Virus record (IMG/VR): IMGVR_UViG_3300031992_002320
Source of the DNA: an uncultured virus (IMG/VR IMGVR_UViG_3300031992_002320)
Taxonomy: Duplodnaviria > Heunggongvirae > Uroviricota > Caudoviricetes
Length of the DNA stretch: 64,000 bases
Reading direction: 5' to 3' (one strand)
The position numbers and the translations under genes are program-made. The notes below the pieces were generated by a model. The model was not told where the DNA came from and did not search any database. It saw only the letters and a list, made by a program, of their open reading frames with translations. Shown piece after piece: positions 49,482 through 58,459 of this stretch (within the stretch, counting starts at the first letter, position 1; every line of letters begins with the position of its first letter).

Positions 49482-49730
49482 ATGGTTTCAGTTCAGGATG
49501 TTAAAAAAGTCAATGATGCTCTTTCGGAGCTTCGTAATCGTAACGCGAGAGAGCGTGCGGAGATTGAGGTTCTCAAGACTCGTATCGAGTCCGACATGGC
49601 ATCACTTAGTCAGTTGATCGGTAAGCCCGTGACTTGGGAGAATGTCAATCAGGTTGTGGCAGAGTACACTACCTTGCTTGAGACTCAGATGTCGGCGGCA
49701 ACCACTTATTTAAGTTCACATTCCGCATAG
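49482..49730 (+). CDS. small coiled-coil protein
   Basis: AAAGGAG RBS, helical heptad-like composition. Confidence 0.65.
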   Translation: MVSVQDVKKVNDALSELRNRNARERAEIEVLKTRIESDMASLSQLIGKPVTWENVNQVVAEYTTLLETQMSAATTYLSSHSA

Positions 49731-49789
49731 TGCGGTGGTGATAGTAACTATTTTCCATTTATCAAAAAATTCAAAAGGAGGAACAAAAA

Positions 49790-50956
49790 ATGGAAGGTTT
49801 AACTCAGATCTCATTAGAGGAGGCGCTCAAGGCTCAGTCCGCAGTATCGGCAAAGTTTAAGCCGCAGGCCTCAACAGACTATCTCGTAGGTTTCGTTCCC
49901 AATGGTCTCTTTGGATATGAGTGCTATTCGGCGCGTCATGGTAAAGAGTTCTTCGAGTTCAACAAGGCGAGAGTGCCTGCTGGTTATCAGGCAGAGCTTG
50001 ATAGCATTATCGAAGCCGGTTGGGATTTCTTCAAGGGAGTTGTGGATGGTTATATGGCCGTTAACGCCAAGGGACAGAAGGGTGATTGTGCACCCGTTGT
50101 GAAGCTTGAGACGAGTGCCATCGCAGCCATCATCGTTAAGCCCCTTACCGCTGGTGGAGTTTGGCAGGTAGCGTACTTCAAGCCTTCTCGCAAGAGACTC
50201 GAACAGTTCGCAAGTCAGTTACAGATGATCGGACTTCCGAATGATCTGAATGGTAGAGCGTTCAAGTTCCATTATGGTGAAGGTACACCTCGCGATATCG
50301 CGTCTAACATGGTGTCTATGCCTTACACCTTTACTACTCAGGAAGAGGCTAATGATTTCAATGCCTTTATGGCGACTGTTACCACTGATGTTATTCAGAA
50401 TACGGTTGGTTCTGATCCCGCGTTCGGTATGCATGCCGATACCTACTTTGCTTCTGCTCTTGCTAAGGCGAAGGCATGGCAGGCTCAGCGTGAGGCCGAG
50501 ATCAGAAAGTGGGTAGGAAATGTTCCTACTGCTACTCAGCCTAATATTGGAGGACCTAATGTGCCTCAGCCTGCGGTTGTTGCAAATCCTTATGCTCAGC
50601 CCGTAGCTGCTGCTCAGCCTACTCAGGCACAGCCGGTAGTTCAGCCGGTAGTTCAGCCGGTAGCTCAGCCCGTGGCTCAGCCTGTAGCACAGCCTGTGGC
50701 TCAGCCCGTTGCACAGCCCGTAGTTCAGCCGGTAGCTCAGCCTGTCGCACAGCCCGTAGCTCAGCCCGTAGTGGCTCAGCCTACTGTTGCACAGCCCGTA
50801 GCTCAGGCAGTTCAGCCCGCTGTTGCTCAGCCGGTAGCTCAGCCCGTAGCTCAGCCTACTCAGGCAGCTCCTACTCAGGCAGCTCCTACTCAGGCGGCAC
50901 CTGCACAGGCAAATGGGATTAGCGCTCTTGATGAATTGCTTAAGTTCATGAACTAA
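49790..50956 (+). CDS. hypothetical protein with Pro/Gln/Val/Ala repeat tail (possible ssDNA-binding protein)
   Basis: AAAGGAGG RBS and strong codon bias. Globular N-terminal part followed by (AQPV)n. The SSB guess is from context only. Confidence 0.6.
   Translation: MEGLTQISLEEALKAQSAVSAKFKPQASTDYLVGFVPNGLFGYECYSARHGKEFFEFNKARVPAGYQAELDSIIEAGWDFFKGVVDGYMAVNAKGQKGDCAPVVKLETSAIAAIIVKPLTAGGVWQVAYFKPSRKRLEQFASQLQMIGLPNDLNGRAFKFHYGEGTPRDIASNMVSMPYTFTTQEEANDFNAFMATVTTDVIQNTVGSDPAFGMHADTYFASALAKAKAWQAQREAEIRKWVGNVPTATQPNIGGPNVPQPAVVANPYAQPVAAAQPTQAQPVVQPVVQPVAQPVAQPVAQPVAQPVAQPVVQPVAQPVAQPVAQPVVAQPTVAQPVAQAVQPAVAQPVAQPVAQPTQAAPTQAAPTQAAPAQANGISALDELLKFMN
50594..50910 (+). repeat. in-frame 12-nt tandem repeat (GCTCAGCCCGTA-like; AQPV/VQPV) followed by 15-nt units (APTQA)
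   Basis: Seen directly, e.g. gttcagccggtagttcagccggtagctcagcccgtggctcagcctgta and gctcctactcaggca repeated. Confidence 0.9.
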
Positions 50957-51007
50957 GGTAATCCTTGGGGGTGGGGTTCGTGAGGACTCACGGGCCTTAC
51001 CCTTTAA

Positions 51008-51090
51008 GGGGAACTGGCGGAATGGCAGACGCGGCAGACTCAAAATCTGCTACCCGAAAGGGTGTGAGGGTTCGAGTCCCTTGTTCCCCA
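51008..51090 (+). tRNA. tRNA-Leu(CAA)
   Basis: Acceptor stem GGGGAAC/GTTCCCC plus discriminator A. D arm GCGG-AATGGCAGA-CGC. Anticodon arm GCAGA-CTCAAAA-TCTGC. Long variable arm ACCC-GAAA-GGGT. T arm GAGGG-TTCGAGT-CCCTT. CCA is not encoded. Confidence 0.95.
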
Positions 51091-51134
51091 CTATCTTTTG
51101 TTTGAAGGCATTGACGATTTAGAGAGGTGTATGA

Positions 51135-52247
51135 ATGAAATATCATTTTTCTATCAGAGATTTTGGTGTTATAAGGTCAGCGGAGTTTAGATCCGATAAT
51201 GGTGTGCTGGTTCTCCACGGTGATAATGGTTCGGGGAAGACCACCGTATCGAGAGCGCTGGCCTGTTTATTTTCTGGGGTTGGTCGTAGGATCAGGACTG
51301 GTGCTTCGGATTTCCGTATTGCGTTTGCGGCGGATTTCGATGGTACTGGTGTGAAGACGGTTATCCGTACCTTTAGGACCTATAGTGTGTATGATGGGGA
51401 TGTTGTTGATGGTGTTCCCAAGGGTGTGCCGGCGATTATGACTTTCAATAAGGTGGGCAACACTCTCCCTACCGAGCTTCGTACCTTGTTCGGTTTTGCG
51501 GCGGATAGGGATCCCATCGATCCGATTCTCAAGACTATGCTTGGTTTCCGTTCTGATCTGGATCCGTTGGTATTCTCGCAGACGAGTGCGGGTGATAGTT
51601 ATAAGGTCTTGAGTCATGCGCTTGGTGTTGATGGGCTCAAGGATGCTTCTGCAGGTGGTGTGTTGGAGAGCACTCGAATCAATCGTAAGCTCTCATCTCT
51701 CAATGATGAGATTAAAGTTCTTGAGAGTCAGTTGGCAGAGCAGGACCGTATCCTTACGGATCTGGATAACTTTTCAAATAGCATTGATGGTAATCTCATT
51801 AATGTTGTGGGTGATCTGGAGTCGGCGTTGGCTGTTCTTCCTACGCTCAGTGTGGGTGTTGATGACATTCCGCAGGATGTGGATATGGGGCTCATTGGGG
51901 TTCTCAATTCCATCACGGATGGTATAAATCGTTTGACCGAGTTGGGTGGCAAGGATCTGGCGTTGGATGTGCCTGATGTGATTGATGCTTCGGTTGTATC
52001 TCTTGTTGAGAGCATCTCGGCAGGGCTTTCCAAGTTGAGTACCTATGGTGCTGTTGAGGATATCCCGGTATATGATGCACTTGCGGTTGGTGAGGCAATC
52101 TGCAATATGGGTGCTCTTTTGGAGGATTTCAAGACCAAGGTTGATGCTCTTGCGGAGACCGAGGAGAAGTTGAATGGTTTCAAGCAGGTGGCTGCATCAC
52201 AGGGCCTCAAGATGTGTCCGGTATGTTCAGCCGTTTATGTGGAGTAA
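51135..52247 (+). CDS. SbcC/Rad50-like ATPase, N-terminal half (Walker A, coiled coil, terminal CxxC)
   Basis: FSIRDFGVI, VLHGDNGSGKTT, coiled-coil segments. Ends ...KMCPVCSAVYVE. No Walker B. Confidence 0.8.
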   Translation: MKYHFSIRDFGVIRSAEFRSDNGVLVLHGDNGSGKTTVSRALACLFSGVGRRIRTGASDFRIAFAADFDGTGVKTVIRTFRTYSVYDGDVVDGVPKGVPAIMTFNKVGNTLPTELRTLFGFAADRDPIDPILKTMLGFRSDLDPLVFSQTSAGDSYKVLSHALGVDGLKDASAGGVLESTRINRKLSSLNDEIKVLESQLAEQDRILTDLDNFSNSIDGNLINVVGDLESALAVLPTLSVGVDDIPQDVDMGLIGVLNSITDGINRLTELGGKDLALDVPDVIDASVVSLVESISAGLSKLSTYGAVEDIPVYDALAVGEAICNMGALLEDFKTKVDALAETEEKLNGFKQVAASQGLKMCPVCSAVYVE

Positions 52248-52259
52248 TTGGAGGATTTT

Positions 52260-53222
52260 ATGAGGATTTTATCTATCGGTGATTTACATCTTATGGATCA
52301 CAACCGTGGTAAGCACGAGGATTATGCGAGGGAGTGTTTGTTCCATATGCATTCCATTCTGGTTACACTCGGTGAGCAGAAATTTGATCGTATCATTCTT
52401 CTTGGTGACTTTGCGGATTGTGTTTTCAAGGATTTATCCTTTAGGACTGGTGTTCAGTGTTTCTTGAATGGGCTTCGTGAGCATCTTGTGGATGGTGGTA
52501 AGCTCTATAGCCTCCGTGGTAATCACGATGTTCTTTCATCCGGTGAGTGGACTGAGCTTGATTTCGCAATTAACACTGGTTTGTTAGACAAGTGTCCGAT
52601 TGTGGAATCTGTGGGTTCTGTGTCTGTTGGGTATCAGGACTATGTATTTAGAGAGTCCCTTGATGCTTCGGTTAATCCGTTAGCTGGGTATGTTGGTTGT
52701 GAGGTGTTATTCACCCACAATGTGTATGGTGCCGAGGATGGTAACTTTTTTGGTGAGGGGTTCGGTGTTGGAAATCCCGCCCTTGATAGATTGGTTTATG
52801 TGGTTCAGGGGCATGACCATACGGAGTCTTATCGTCAGTTCGGTGTAGGTGGCCGCAATGTGTATGTACTTGATGGTGGTGCGGCCTGTCAGGTGAGTGT
52901 AAAGTATCGCGGAATTGAGAACTTTGGTCTTGTTGTCATCAGTGATGAGGGTGGGGCCTTATCGTATTCAACTCTGCGTGTTCCCTATTCGGGTACGTTT
53001 AGGGATGATGCCAAGGATGAGGTTGATACGGATTCCGTGGTAAGTGAGGTTTCTCTTGAGTGCTTGAGTGTTCTCGGTGGGGTTAGTTGCGAGATGAACT
53101 CCGAAGGTTTCCTTGAGTATCTCAACACGCTTTCCATTTCGGATGGTGTGAGGGCGCAGGTTCGAAGGTTAGTCGAGACCTATGCCAATGATGTTGGTGA
53201 CAATGTGGACACAGATATTTAA
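52260..53222 (+). CDS. sbcD: SbcD/Mre11-like metallophosphoesterase nuclease
   Basis: Motifs GDLH, LLGD, GNHD, THN and GHDH. Lies between the two SbcC halves. Confidence 0.85.
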   Translation: MRILSIGDLHLMDHNRGKHEDYARECLFHMHSILVTLGEQKFDRIILLGDFADCVFKDLSFRTGVQCFLNGLREHLVDGGKLYSLRGNHDVLSSGEWTELDFAINTGLLDKCPIVESVGSVSVGYQDYVFRESLDASVNPLAGYVGCEVLFTHNVYGAEDGNFFGEGFGVGNPALDRLVYVVQGHDHTESYRQFGVGGRNVYVLDGGAACQVSVKYRGIENFGLVVISDEGGALSYSTLRVPYSGTFRDDAKDEVDTDSVVSEVSLECLSVLGGVSCEMNSEGFLEYLNTLSISDGVRAQVRRLVETYANDVGDNVDTDI

Positions 53223-53241
53223 TTTTAAGGAGGATTACAAA

Positions 53242-54549
53242 ATGGTTCATGAGTTTTCTATGAAGCTGGGATTCAGTACGAAGCTTTTCGGTAAGTTACC
53301 GATAGCGCTCTGTCCTTGCAAGGATGGTGTTTGGGTGAAGGTGGCGAGAGCTGATATTCGTTCTTGCTGGCTTGTACCTTATGAGTCTCCGCTGGCGGTG
53401 GATGGTAAGGTTGTTGAGGATTTCGATAACTACACCACCAAGTTCTATCTCCATGAGGAGGTTGTGGCATCCATTCAGAGTGAGCGTTGGGCACCCAAGG
53501 AGGTTATCAATTTCAAGTTCACTACTGGGGAAGCGAAGGATCCCATCCTTGGGGAGATGGTAATTCATCACTACAAGGTTGTTGGTGGCAAGGATGTTTA
53601 CTATGGCCATACAACTCGTTGCTTCAAGTATGTTCCTACTCGTATGGATGAGATCACTGGTGCGGTAGCCATCGATGCTCCGAGTGGAGAGGGTGTAGAT
53701 ACTCATCCGGTTGACAGCAAGGAGTTCGGCAGACTTCTCGGTCTTAATATCCTTGATTCCGGTGTTATCGTTTCTGTTTCCGAGGCTAAGGAAGGCGAGG
53801 AGCCTACAGTTCTCTGCTACAGTGGTGGTAATGATCTTCTCACTATCGCGCCGGGGGTTAAGGGCTTTGATAAGTCGTTCTATCTCCGTTCCGATATGTG
53901 TAAGCTGATGGGTGCAATGCTCAAGCTCATGGTTATGGGTGTTGAGACTCAGCTCGGTGATTATGAGTCCGAGGATGGTGATGGCGCTGCCGAGGATCTT
54001 GAGGCGGTTATGACCTCCACAAGCAAGGTGCTCAGTTATGCTCTCCATCGTGAGGGTACGGGCCGTCAGAGATCTCTTTCCCTTTTCCTTGATGGTTTCA
54101 TCTTCACTTGTGTTGTTGAGCCGAAGAGAAGTATCGATGCAATCGGAACTCTCGGAGCTCTCAAGGATGTTCCGGTTCAGGATGCGGTACATACGAGAGG
54201 TGATGGATTTGCCAACGGTGGTAGCCGTGGTGGTCAGGTTCTTGGACTTTCCAAGGAGTCTGATGGATCTTATTCACTCTCTGTTGGTGAGGATAAGTTC
54301 ACCGTTTGGTCTTATGACGGAGATGGTGATAAGATCGCAGAGACCATTTGGGCTAAGGGTTATCTCGTAGATCGTGACCTCATCCGTTGTGTGGCTAAGG
54401 CTTCCAAGAATGCTGGTGGCATGGATCCCGATTCACTCGTTATGTATGTTGGTGATGTTGCCGACATGGGTGTTATCAAGGGTGTGCTCTGTATTCAGGG
54501 TGGCGGTGAAGGTGGATATACTTTCTACGTGCCTCTTACACAGGCTTAA
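53242..54549 (+). CDS. hypothetical protein (possible highly diverged sliding clamp)
   Basis: TAAGGAGG RBS, strong codon bias, acidic, alternating beta/alpha pattern. Function is speculative. Confidence 0.45.
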   Translation: MVHEFSMKLGFSTKLFGKLPIALCPCKDGVWVKVARADIRSCWLVPYESPLAVDGKVVEDFDNYTTKFYLHEEVVASIQSERWAPKEVINFKFTTGEAKDPILGEMVIHHYKVVGGKDVYYGHTTRCFKYVPTRMDEITGAVAIDAPSGEGVDTHPVDSKEFGRLLGLNILDSGVIVSVSEAKEGEEPTVLCYSGGNDLLTIAPGVKGFDKSFYLRSDMCKLMGAMLKLMVMGVETQLGDYESEDGDGAAEDLEAVMTSTSKVLSYALHREGTGRQRSLSLFLDGFIFTCVVEPKRSIDAIGTLGALKDVPVQDAVHTRGDGFANGGSRGGQVLGLSKESDGSYSLSVGEDKFTVWSYDGDGDKIAETIWAKGYLVDRDLIRCVAKASKNAGGMDPDSLVMYVGDVADMGVIKGVLCIQGGGEGGYTFYVPLTQA

Positions 54550-54573
54550 TTAAAACGATTTGGAGGATTTATC

Positions 54574-55191
54574 ATGGGTTTATTAGAGAGTTACGCTGAG
54601 TTGAACAATCGAATGATTACTTGTAGGGCACAGCACGAGGGTGTTAAACGCACCCTTGGGGCTGGGCTCAAGGCCAAGACTGATGAGAAGGCTTCCCTTG
54701 AGGCTGACCTTACCGATATCGCTGGTGCGCGTGAGGTAATTGATCAATACTGTCTCGCTCGACTTAAGCCGGCGGAGGATGCCATTCACAATGCGGTTTC
54801 CGAGGCTCTTGCCTATATGGGTGGTCGTGGATTATCCTTTGTTCTTGAGGAGTTTCAGCAGGCCAAGTCTGGTCGTCAGTTGCGTGTGGCGTTCAAGGAT
54901 GGTGAGGAGATTCGTTCCTTGCGTCAGGACTGTGGTCGTGGTGATAGGGAGTTAGTATCACTCATAATGACATGTATACTTCTTCTGGCGGGTGGATCTG
55001 GAAAGGTTCTTTTGTTGGATGAGGTTGTGTCGGGTGTTTCGAAGCGTAATCAGGCCATCGTTGATAAATTACTCAGTTATATGGAGTCGCAGGGATTTCT
55101 CATTGTTTTGACCGAGCATGGTTATACTCCTACTTGTGAGGGTATGAGTTCGTATGTTATGCATAACGGGACATGTTCTGTTGAAGAGTGA
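54574..55191 (+). CDS. SbcC/Rad50-like ATPase, C-terminal half
   Basis: N-terminal coiled coil, variant signature DCGRGDRELVSL, Walker B/D-loop LLLDEVVSGV, H-loop VLTEH. Confidence 0.8.
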   Translation: MGLLESYAELNNRMITCRAQHEGVKRTLGAGLKAKTDEKASLEADLTDIAGAREVIDQYCLARLKPAEDAIHNAVSEALAYMGGRGLSFVLEEFQQAKSGRQLRVAFKDGEEIRSLRQDCGRGDRELVSLIMTCILLLAGGSGKVLLLDEVVSGVSKRNQAIVDKLLSYMESQGFLIVLTEHGYTPTCEGMSSYVMHNGTCSVEE

Positions 55192-55265
55192 TGCTTCTGT
55201 GAGGGGGTGGATGAACAGCTCAGGCATGTATGTGCTTGGGCTGTTTTTGTCAGGAGGTTTAGTTT

Positions 55266-55631
55266 ATGCGAGAGATGGATGATACTTATGTTAGCCGCAA
55301 TCTGATGCGTAAGGTATTGGCGGTGTTTGATGATGATGAGGGTATTCGGGAGTGTATCGAAGGTCTTGAGAACGCCGATGTTAGGCCTAATATCCATGCT
55401 TGGTGGGTTTGGGATCCGAATGGTGTGGATTGGGGTATTGGTGCGTGGGTGTGTAGTGCATGTCATTTCAAGAATGATATGATTCCCGGTCATATTTTTA
55501 CTGGGGAGGGAAAGCCGCCTATTACACATGAGCATATAAATCCTATGATGTATGCTGGTAGTCGTTTCTGTGGCAATTGTGGTGCAACTATGGGAGGCGT
55601 TAAGGATGTTGTGGAAATTGATAAGTCATAA
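55266..55631 (+). CDS. small zinc-ribbon protein of a type common in Clostridia phages
   Basis: ADVRPNIHAWW...WVCSACH...SRFCGNCGATM. Confidence 0.7.
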   Translation: MREMDDTYVSRNLMRKVLAVFDDDEGIRECIEGLENADVRPNIHAWWVWDPNGVDWGIGAWVCSACHFKNDMIPGHIFTGEGKPPITHEHINPMMYAGSRFCGNCGATMGGVKDVVEIDKS

Positions 55632-57378
55632 TGTGTGTTGTTCTAATCAGCCGAAGGTAGTTGCGAGGCTTCTTGCGAACCGTGGCGTGGTGGAGGATTC
55701 CGATTCGACGGTGTTCTTCAGTGATGATGTTAAGTCTGGTTTTTGGGATCCGAAGGCATTGACTGGGATTGACCTTGCTGCTCGTATCATAGCCGCGGCC
55801 ATCTTGTCTGGTAAGCATATCCGTGTTATCGGTGACTATGACTGTGATGGTGTTTGTGCCACGACCATCTTGGTTCGTGGTTTGAGGGCTGTGGGGGCCA
55901 ATGTGGATTATGATATCCCCCATCGTGTTACGGATGGTTATGGTTTGAATGTTCGTCTGATCAATGAGGCTCATGCGGCGGGTGTGGATGTCATCATCAC
56001 TTGTGATAATGGTATCAGTGCTGTGGAGGCTGTTGCTTTGGCGAAGTCCTATGGTATGGTGGTGGTTGTTACGGACCATCACGAGGTGCCTTATTCCAAG
56101 GATGAGAGTGGTAATTCCGTTTATCGTTTGCCCGATGCTGATGCCATCGTGGATCCGAAGAGGCCTGATAGTGATTATCCGTTCAAGGAGATCTGTGGGG
56201 CTTTTGTGGCCTATAAGTTCATCCGTTATATGTATGATAATCGCTTGTTGGGTGATACTTTCCACGGTGTTTATTGTGATCCGGTATTGGATGATGTTCT
56301 GATGCAGTATGCTGCCTTGGCCACGGTGTGTGATGTTATGGAGTTACGCAGTGAGAACCGTGCATTGCTTAAGTTTGGGCTTAAGCGTATGACGGAGAGC
56401 CCGGCGTGGGGTGTTCGGCATCTCATCGATGAGCGTGGTTTGAGGGGCAAGACCATCACGGCATATCATCTTGGGTTTGTCATCGGGCCGTGTGTTAATG
56501 CGGTTGGTCGTTTGGGTTCTGCGGAGATGGCTGCGCGGTTGATGTTGTGTTCCGATGAGGCTGAGGCCAAGCGTCTTGCCCACGAGCTTAGTGAGTATAA
56601 TATGTCCCGTATCAAGATGACTGAGGATGCACAGGCTCAGGCGGAGGCTCTTATGGATGACCGTAAGGTTCAGGTGATTTTCTTGCCGGACTGTCATGAG
56701 AGTATTGTGGGTATCGTGGCTGGTCGTTTGAAGGATAAGTATCACAGACCATTCCTTGTTTGTACTCGTACTGATGAGGGTTTGTGCAAGGGTTCGGGGC
56801 GTTCCATATTGGCCTATTCCATGTATCACGAGTTGACGAAGATACAGGATATTTTTCTGAAGTATGGTGGTCATGCATTCGCTGCTGGTTTCTCTTTGGA
56901 GTTATCCCGGTTGGATGAGCTTCGTGATAGGCTCAATGCAAATTGCACCTTGACGGATGAGGATGTTGAGGGTGAGTTGGTTATCGATGCTCCCTTGAGG
57001 CTCAATGAGATTACCGATGAGTTGGTGGATATTGTTTCGAGTATGGCGCCGTTTGGTCATGGTAATCGCAAGCCGATGTTTGTGTGCCGTGGTTTGAGGC
57101 TCAAGAGTATGCGGGCTATGGGTAAGGATGGCAAGTCGGCACGGCTCAGGGTTTTGGATGGTGTCAATGAGTATGAGGTCACCTCTTTTGGTATGGTGGA
57201 TGCTTTGGTGGATGCCGTTCAGAGCAGGTATGCTGGTACGGTCAGTGATACCTTTAGGGCGGGTGTTCCTTTAATGGATCCGATGCCGATAGATATTGTG
57301 TATTCTCTTGGTTGGAATGACTGGGGAGGTAAGAAAGCTGTACAGGTAACCTTGGAAGATTTTCATGTGCTGCCCTAA
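55606..57378 (+). CDS. recJ: ssDNA-specific exonuclease RecJ
   Basis: GDYDCDG, TCDNG, TDHH, ATVCD, GPCVNAVGRL, GSGRS and GGHAFAAG. Confidence 0.95.
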   Translation: MLWKLISHNVCCSNQPKVVARLLANRGVVEDSDSTVFFSDDVKSGFWDPKALTGIDLAARIIAAAILSGKHIRVIGDYDCDGVCATTILVRGLRAVGANVDYDIPHRVTDGYGLNVRLINEAHAAGVDVIITCDNGISAVEAVALAKSYGMVVVVTDHHEVPYSKDESGNSVYRLPDADAIVDPKRPDSDYPFKEICGAFVAYKFIRYMYDNRLLGDTFHGVYCDPVLDDVLMQYAALATVCDVMELRSENRALLKFGLKRMTESPAWGVRHLIDERGLRGKTITAYHLGFVIGPCVNAVGRLGSAEMAARLMLCSDEAEAKRLAHELSEYNMSRIKMTEDAQAQAEALMDDRKVQVIFLPDCHESIVGIVAGRLKDKYHRPFLVCTRTDEGLCKGSGRSILAYSMYHELTKIQDIFLKYGGHAFAAGFSLELSRLDELRDRLNANCTLTDEDVEGELVIDAPLRLNEITDELVDIVSSMAPFGHGNRKPMFVCRGLRLKSMRAMGKDGKSARLRVLDGVNEYEVTSFGMVDALVDAVQSRYAGTVSDTFRAGVPLMDPMPIDIVYSLGWNDWGGKKAVQVTLEDFHVLP

Positions 57379-57394
57379 TTGAGTTTGATATGTT

Positions 57395-57437
57395 CCCCCG
57401 ATTGAGTCTCCGATTGACTCAGTTGGGGGTTCTTTTT
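57395..57437 (+). terminator. intrinsic terminator
   Basis: CCCCCGATTGAGTC-TCCGATT-GACTCAGTTGGGGG followed by TTCTTTTT. Confidence 0.8.
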
Positions 57438-57495
57438 ATGTTCCGTTCCGATGGGTTTTCTTTTTGGGTATTCTTTTTGTGTGGGAGGTGGTTAT

Positions 57496-58188
57496 ATGAC
57501 TGGTAAAACTCATAAGCGTTGGGGTGTATGCGGTGTTTATATTGTTTTCGCATTACTCCTTTGGTTTGGATTTGGATTCGTGGATTTCGGTCTGGGGTAT
57601 GGTGGTGTTCGTGGAGCCTTGGTGGGTGTTCTGCATTTGGCCTTGATGGTTTGTGCGAGTCATGTTGGTTCTGTGTTCCCGGATTACGATCATGATAAGT
57701 CCTCGATTTCCGAATATACTCTTGTGGCGGCTGTGGTTTCAAACTTATGTAAGTTATTCCATGATGGGCATCGTTCAAGGCTTACTCACAGTTGGGACAT
57801 CAGCTTGTTGTTCTGTGGTGGCACTTTCGTCTGTGCCTATTTCTTGACTAATGGTTTTACGGAGTATGCCCCGGAGTTGTGGATTGTTGCTCTCGGTGGG
57901 TTTTGGATTGGGTATCTCTGGCATCTTCTCATGGATATGATGAATGGTGTTGGGGTTTATTTCTCGGTTTTCTCGAAGCATAAGGTGGCGTTTGTACCGC
58001 GTAAGTTCTTTGGTCTTAAGTTTGTGACTGGTGGAGCATGGGAGGAGTTTTGTTATAAGGTTGGCCGTGTTATCGATGTTATTGGTCTGTGGGCTTGTTT
58101 GTTCTTGATTATCTACAGAGCCCATTTGATGCCTTGGGAGCTTGGTCAGTACATTGGAACTATTGATTTGGGGAGGTTTGGGCATTGA
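57496..58188 (+). CDS. membrane-bound metal-dependent hydrolase (YdjM-like)
   Basis: MTGKTH, GSVFPDYDH, HRSRLTHS, GYLWHLLMDMMNGVGV, with multiple TM segments. Confidence 0.85.
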   Translation: MTGKTHKRWGVCGVYIVFALLLWFGFGFVDFGLGYGGVRGALVGVLHLALMVCASHVGSVFPDYDHDKSSISEYTLVAAVVSNLCKLFHDGHRSRLTHSWDISLLFCGGTFVCAYFLTNGFTEYAPELWIVALGGFWIGYLWHLLMDMMNGVGVYFSVFSKHKVAFVPRKFFGLKFVTGGAWEEFCYKVGRVIDVIGLWACLFLIIYRAHLMPWELGQYIGTIDLGRFGH

Positions 58189-58442
58189 TAGTTTTATGTG
58201 TTTATGTGCATGCTGGTAATAATGGTTTCCGTAAGGATATTCGTGTGTCCGAGGCGGAGCGTATAGATGTTTTTCTGCGTAGGTTCTCGGAGTGGCTTTC
58301 TGGGCAGGAGGGTTTTTCCAATGTGGGGGATTCTTCTATGGCTTGGTTCGAGAACCCTTTGTATCGTGTGATCGTCAGTGATGTGTATACCTTTGGTGAT
58401 ATTGGTGTTCATAATGGCTCTGTGTTGCATATTAAGTATTAG
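58185..58442 (+). CDS. YukD/EsaB-like ubiquitin-fold T7SS accessory protein
   Basis: 85 aa. KDIRVS...TFGDIGVHNGSVLHI fits the YukD pattern. Directly upstream of essC. Confidence 0.6.
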   Translation: MIVLCVYVHAGNNGFRKDIRVSEAERIDVFLRRFSEWLSGQEGFSNVGDSSMAWFENPLYRVIVSDVYTFGDIGVHNGSVLHIKY

Positions 58443-58459
58443 GATTTTGAGGTGTTGGG

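Noticed and set aside
50594..50910. Possible CRISPR array or iterons
   Set aside because: Units are contiguous 12/15-mers in frame inside a CDS with synonymous variation and no unique spacers. No cas genes seen.
51008..51090. tRNA as a prophage attachment site
   Set aside because: No integrase or duplicated tRNA 3' end was seen, and gene style and composition are continuous on both sides.
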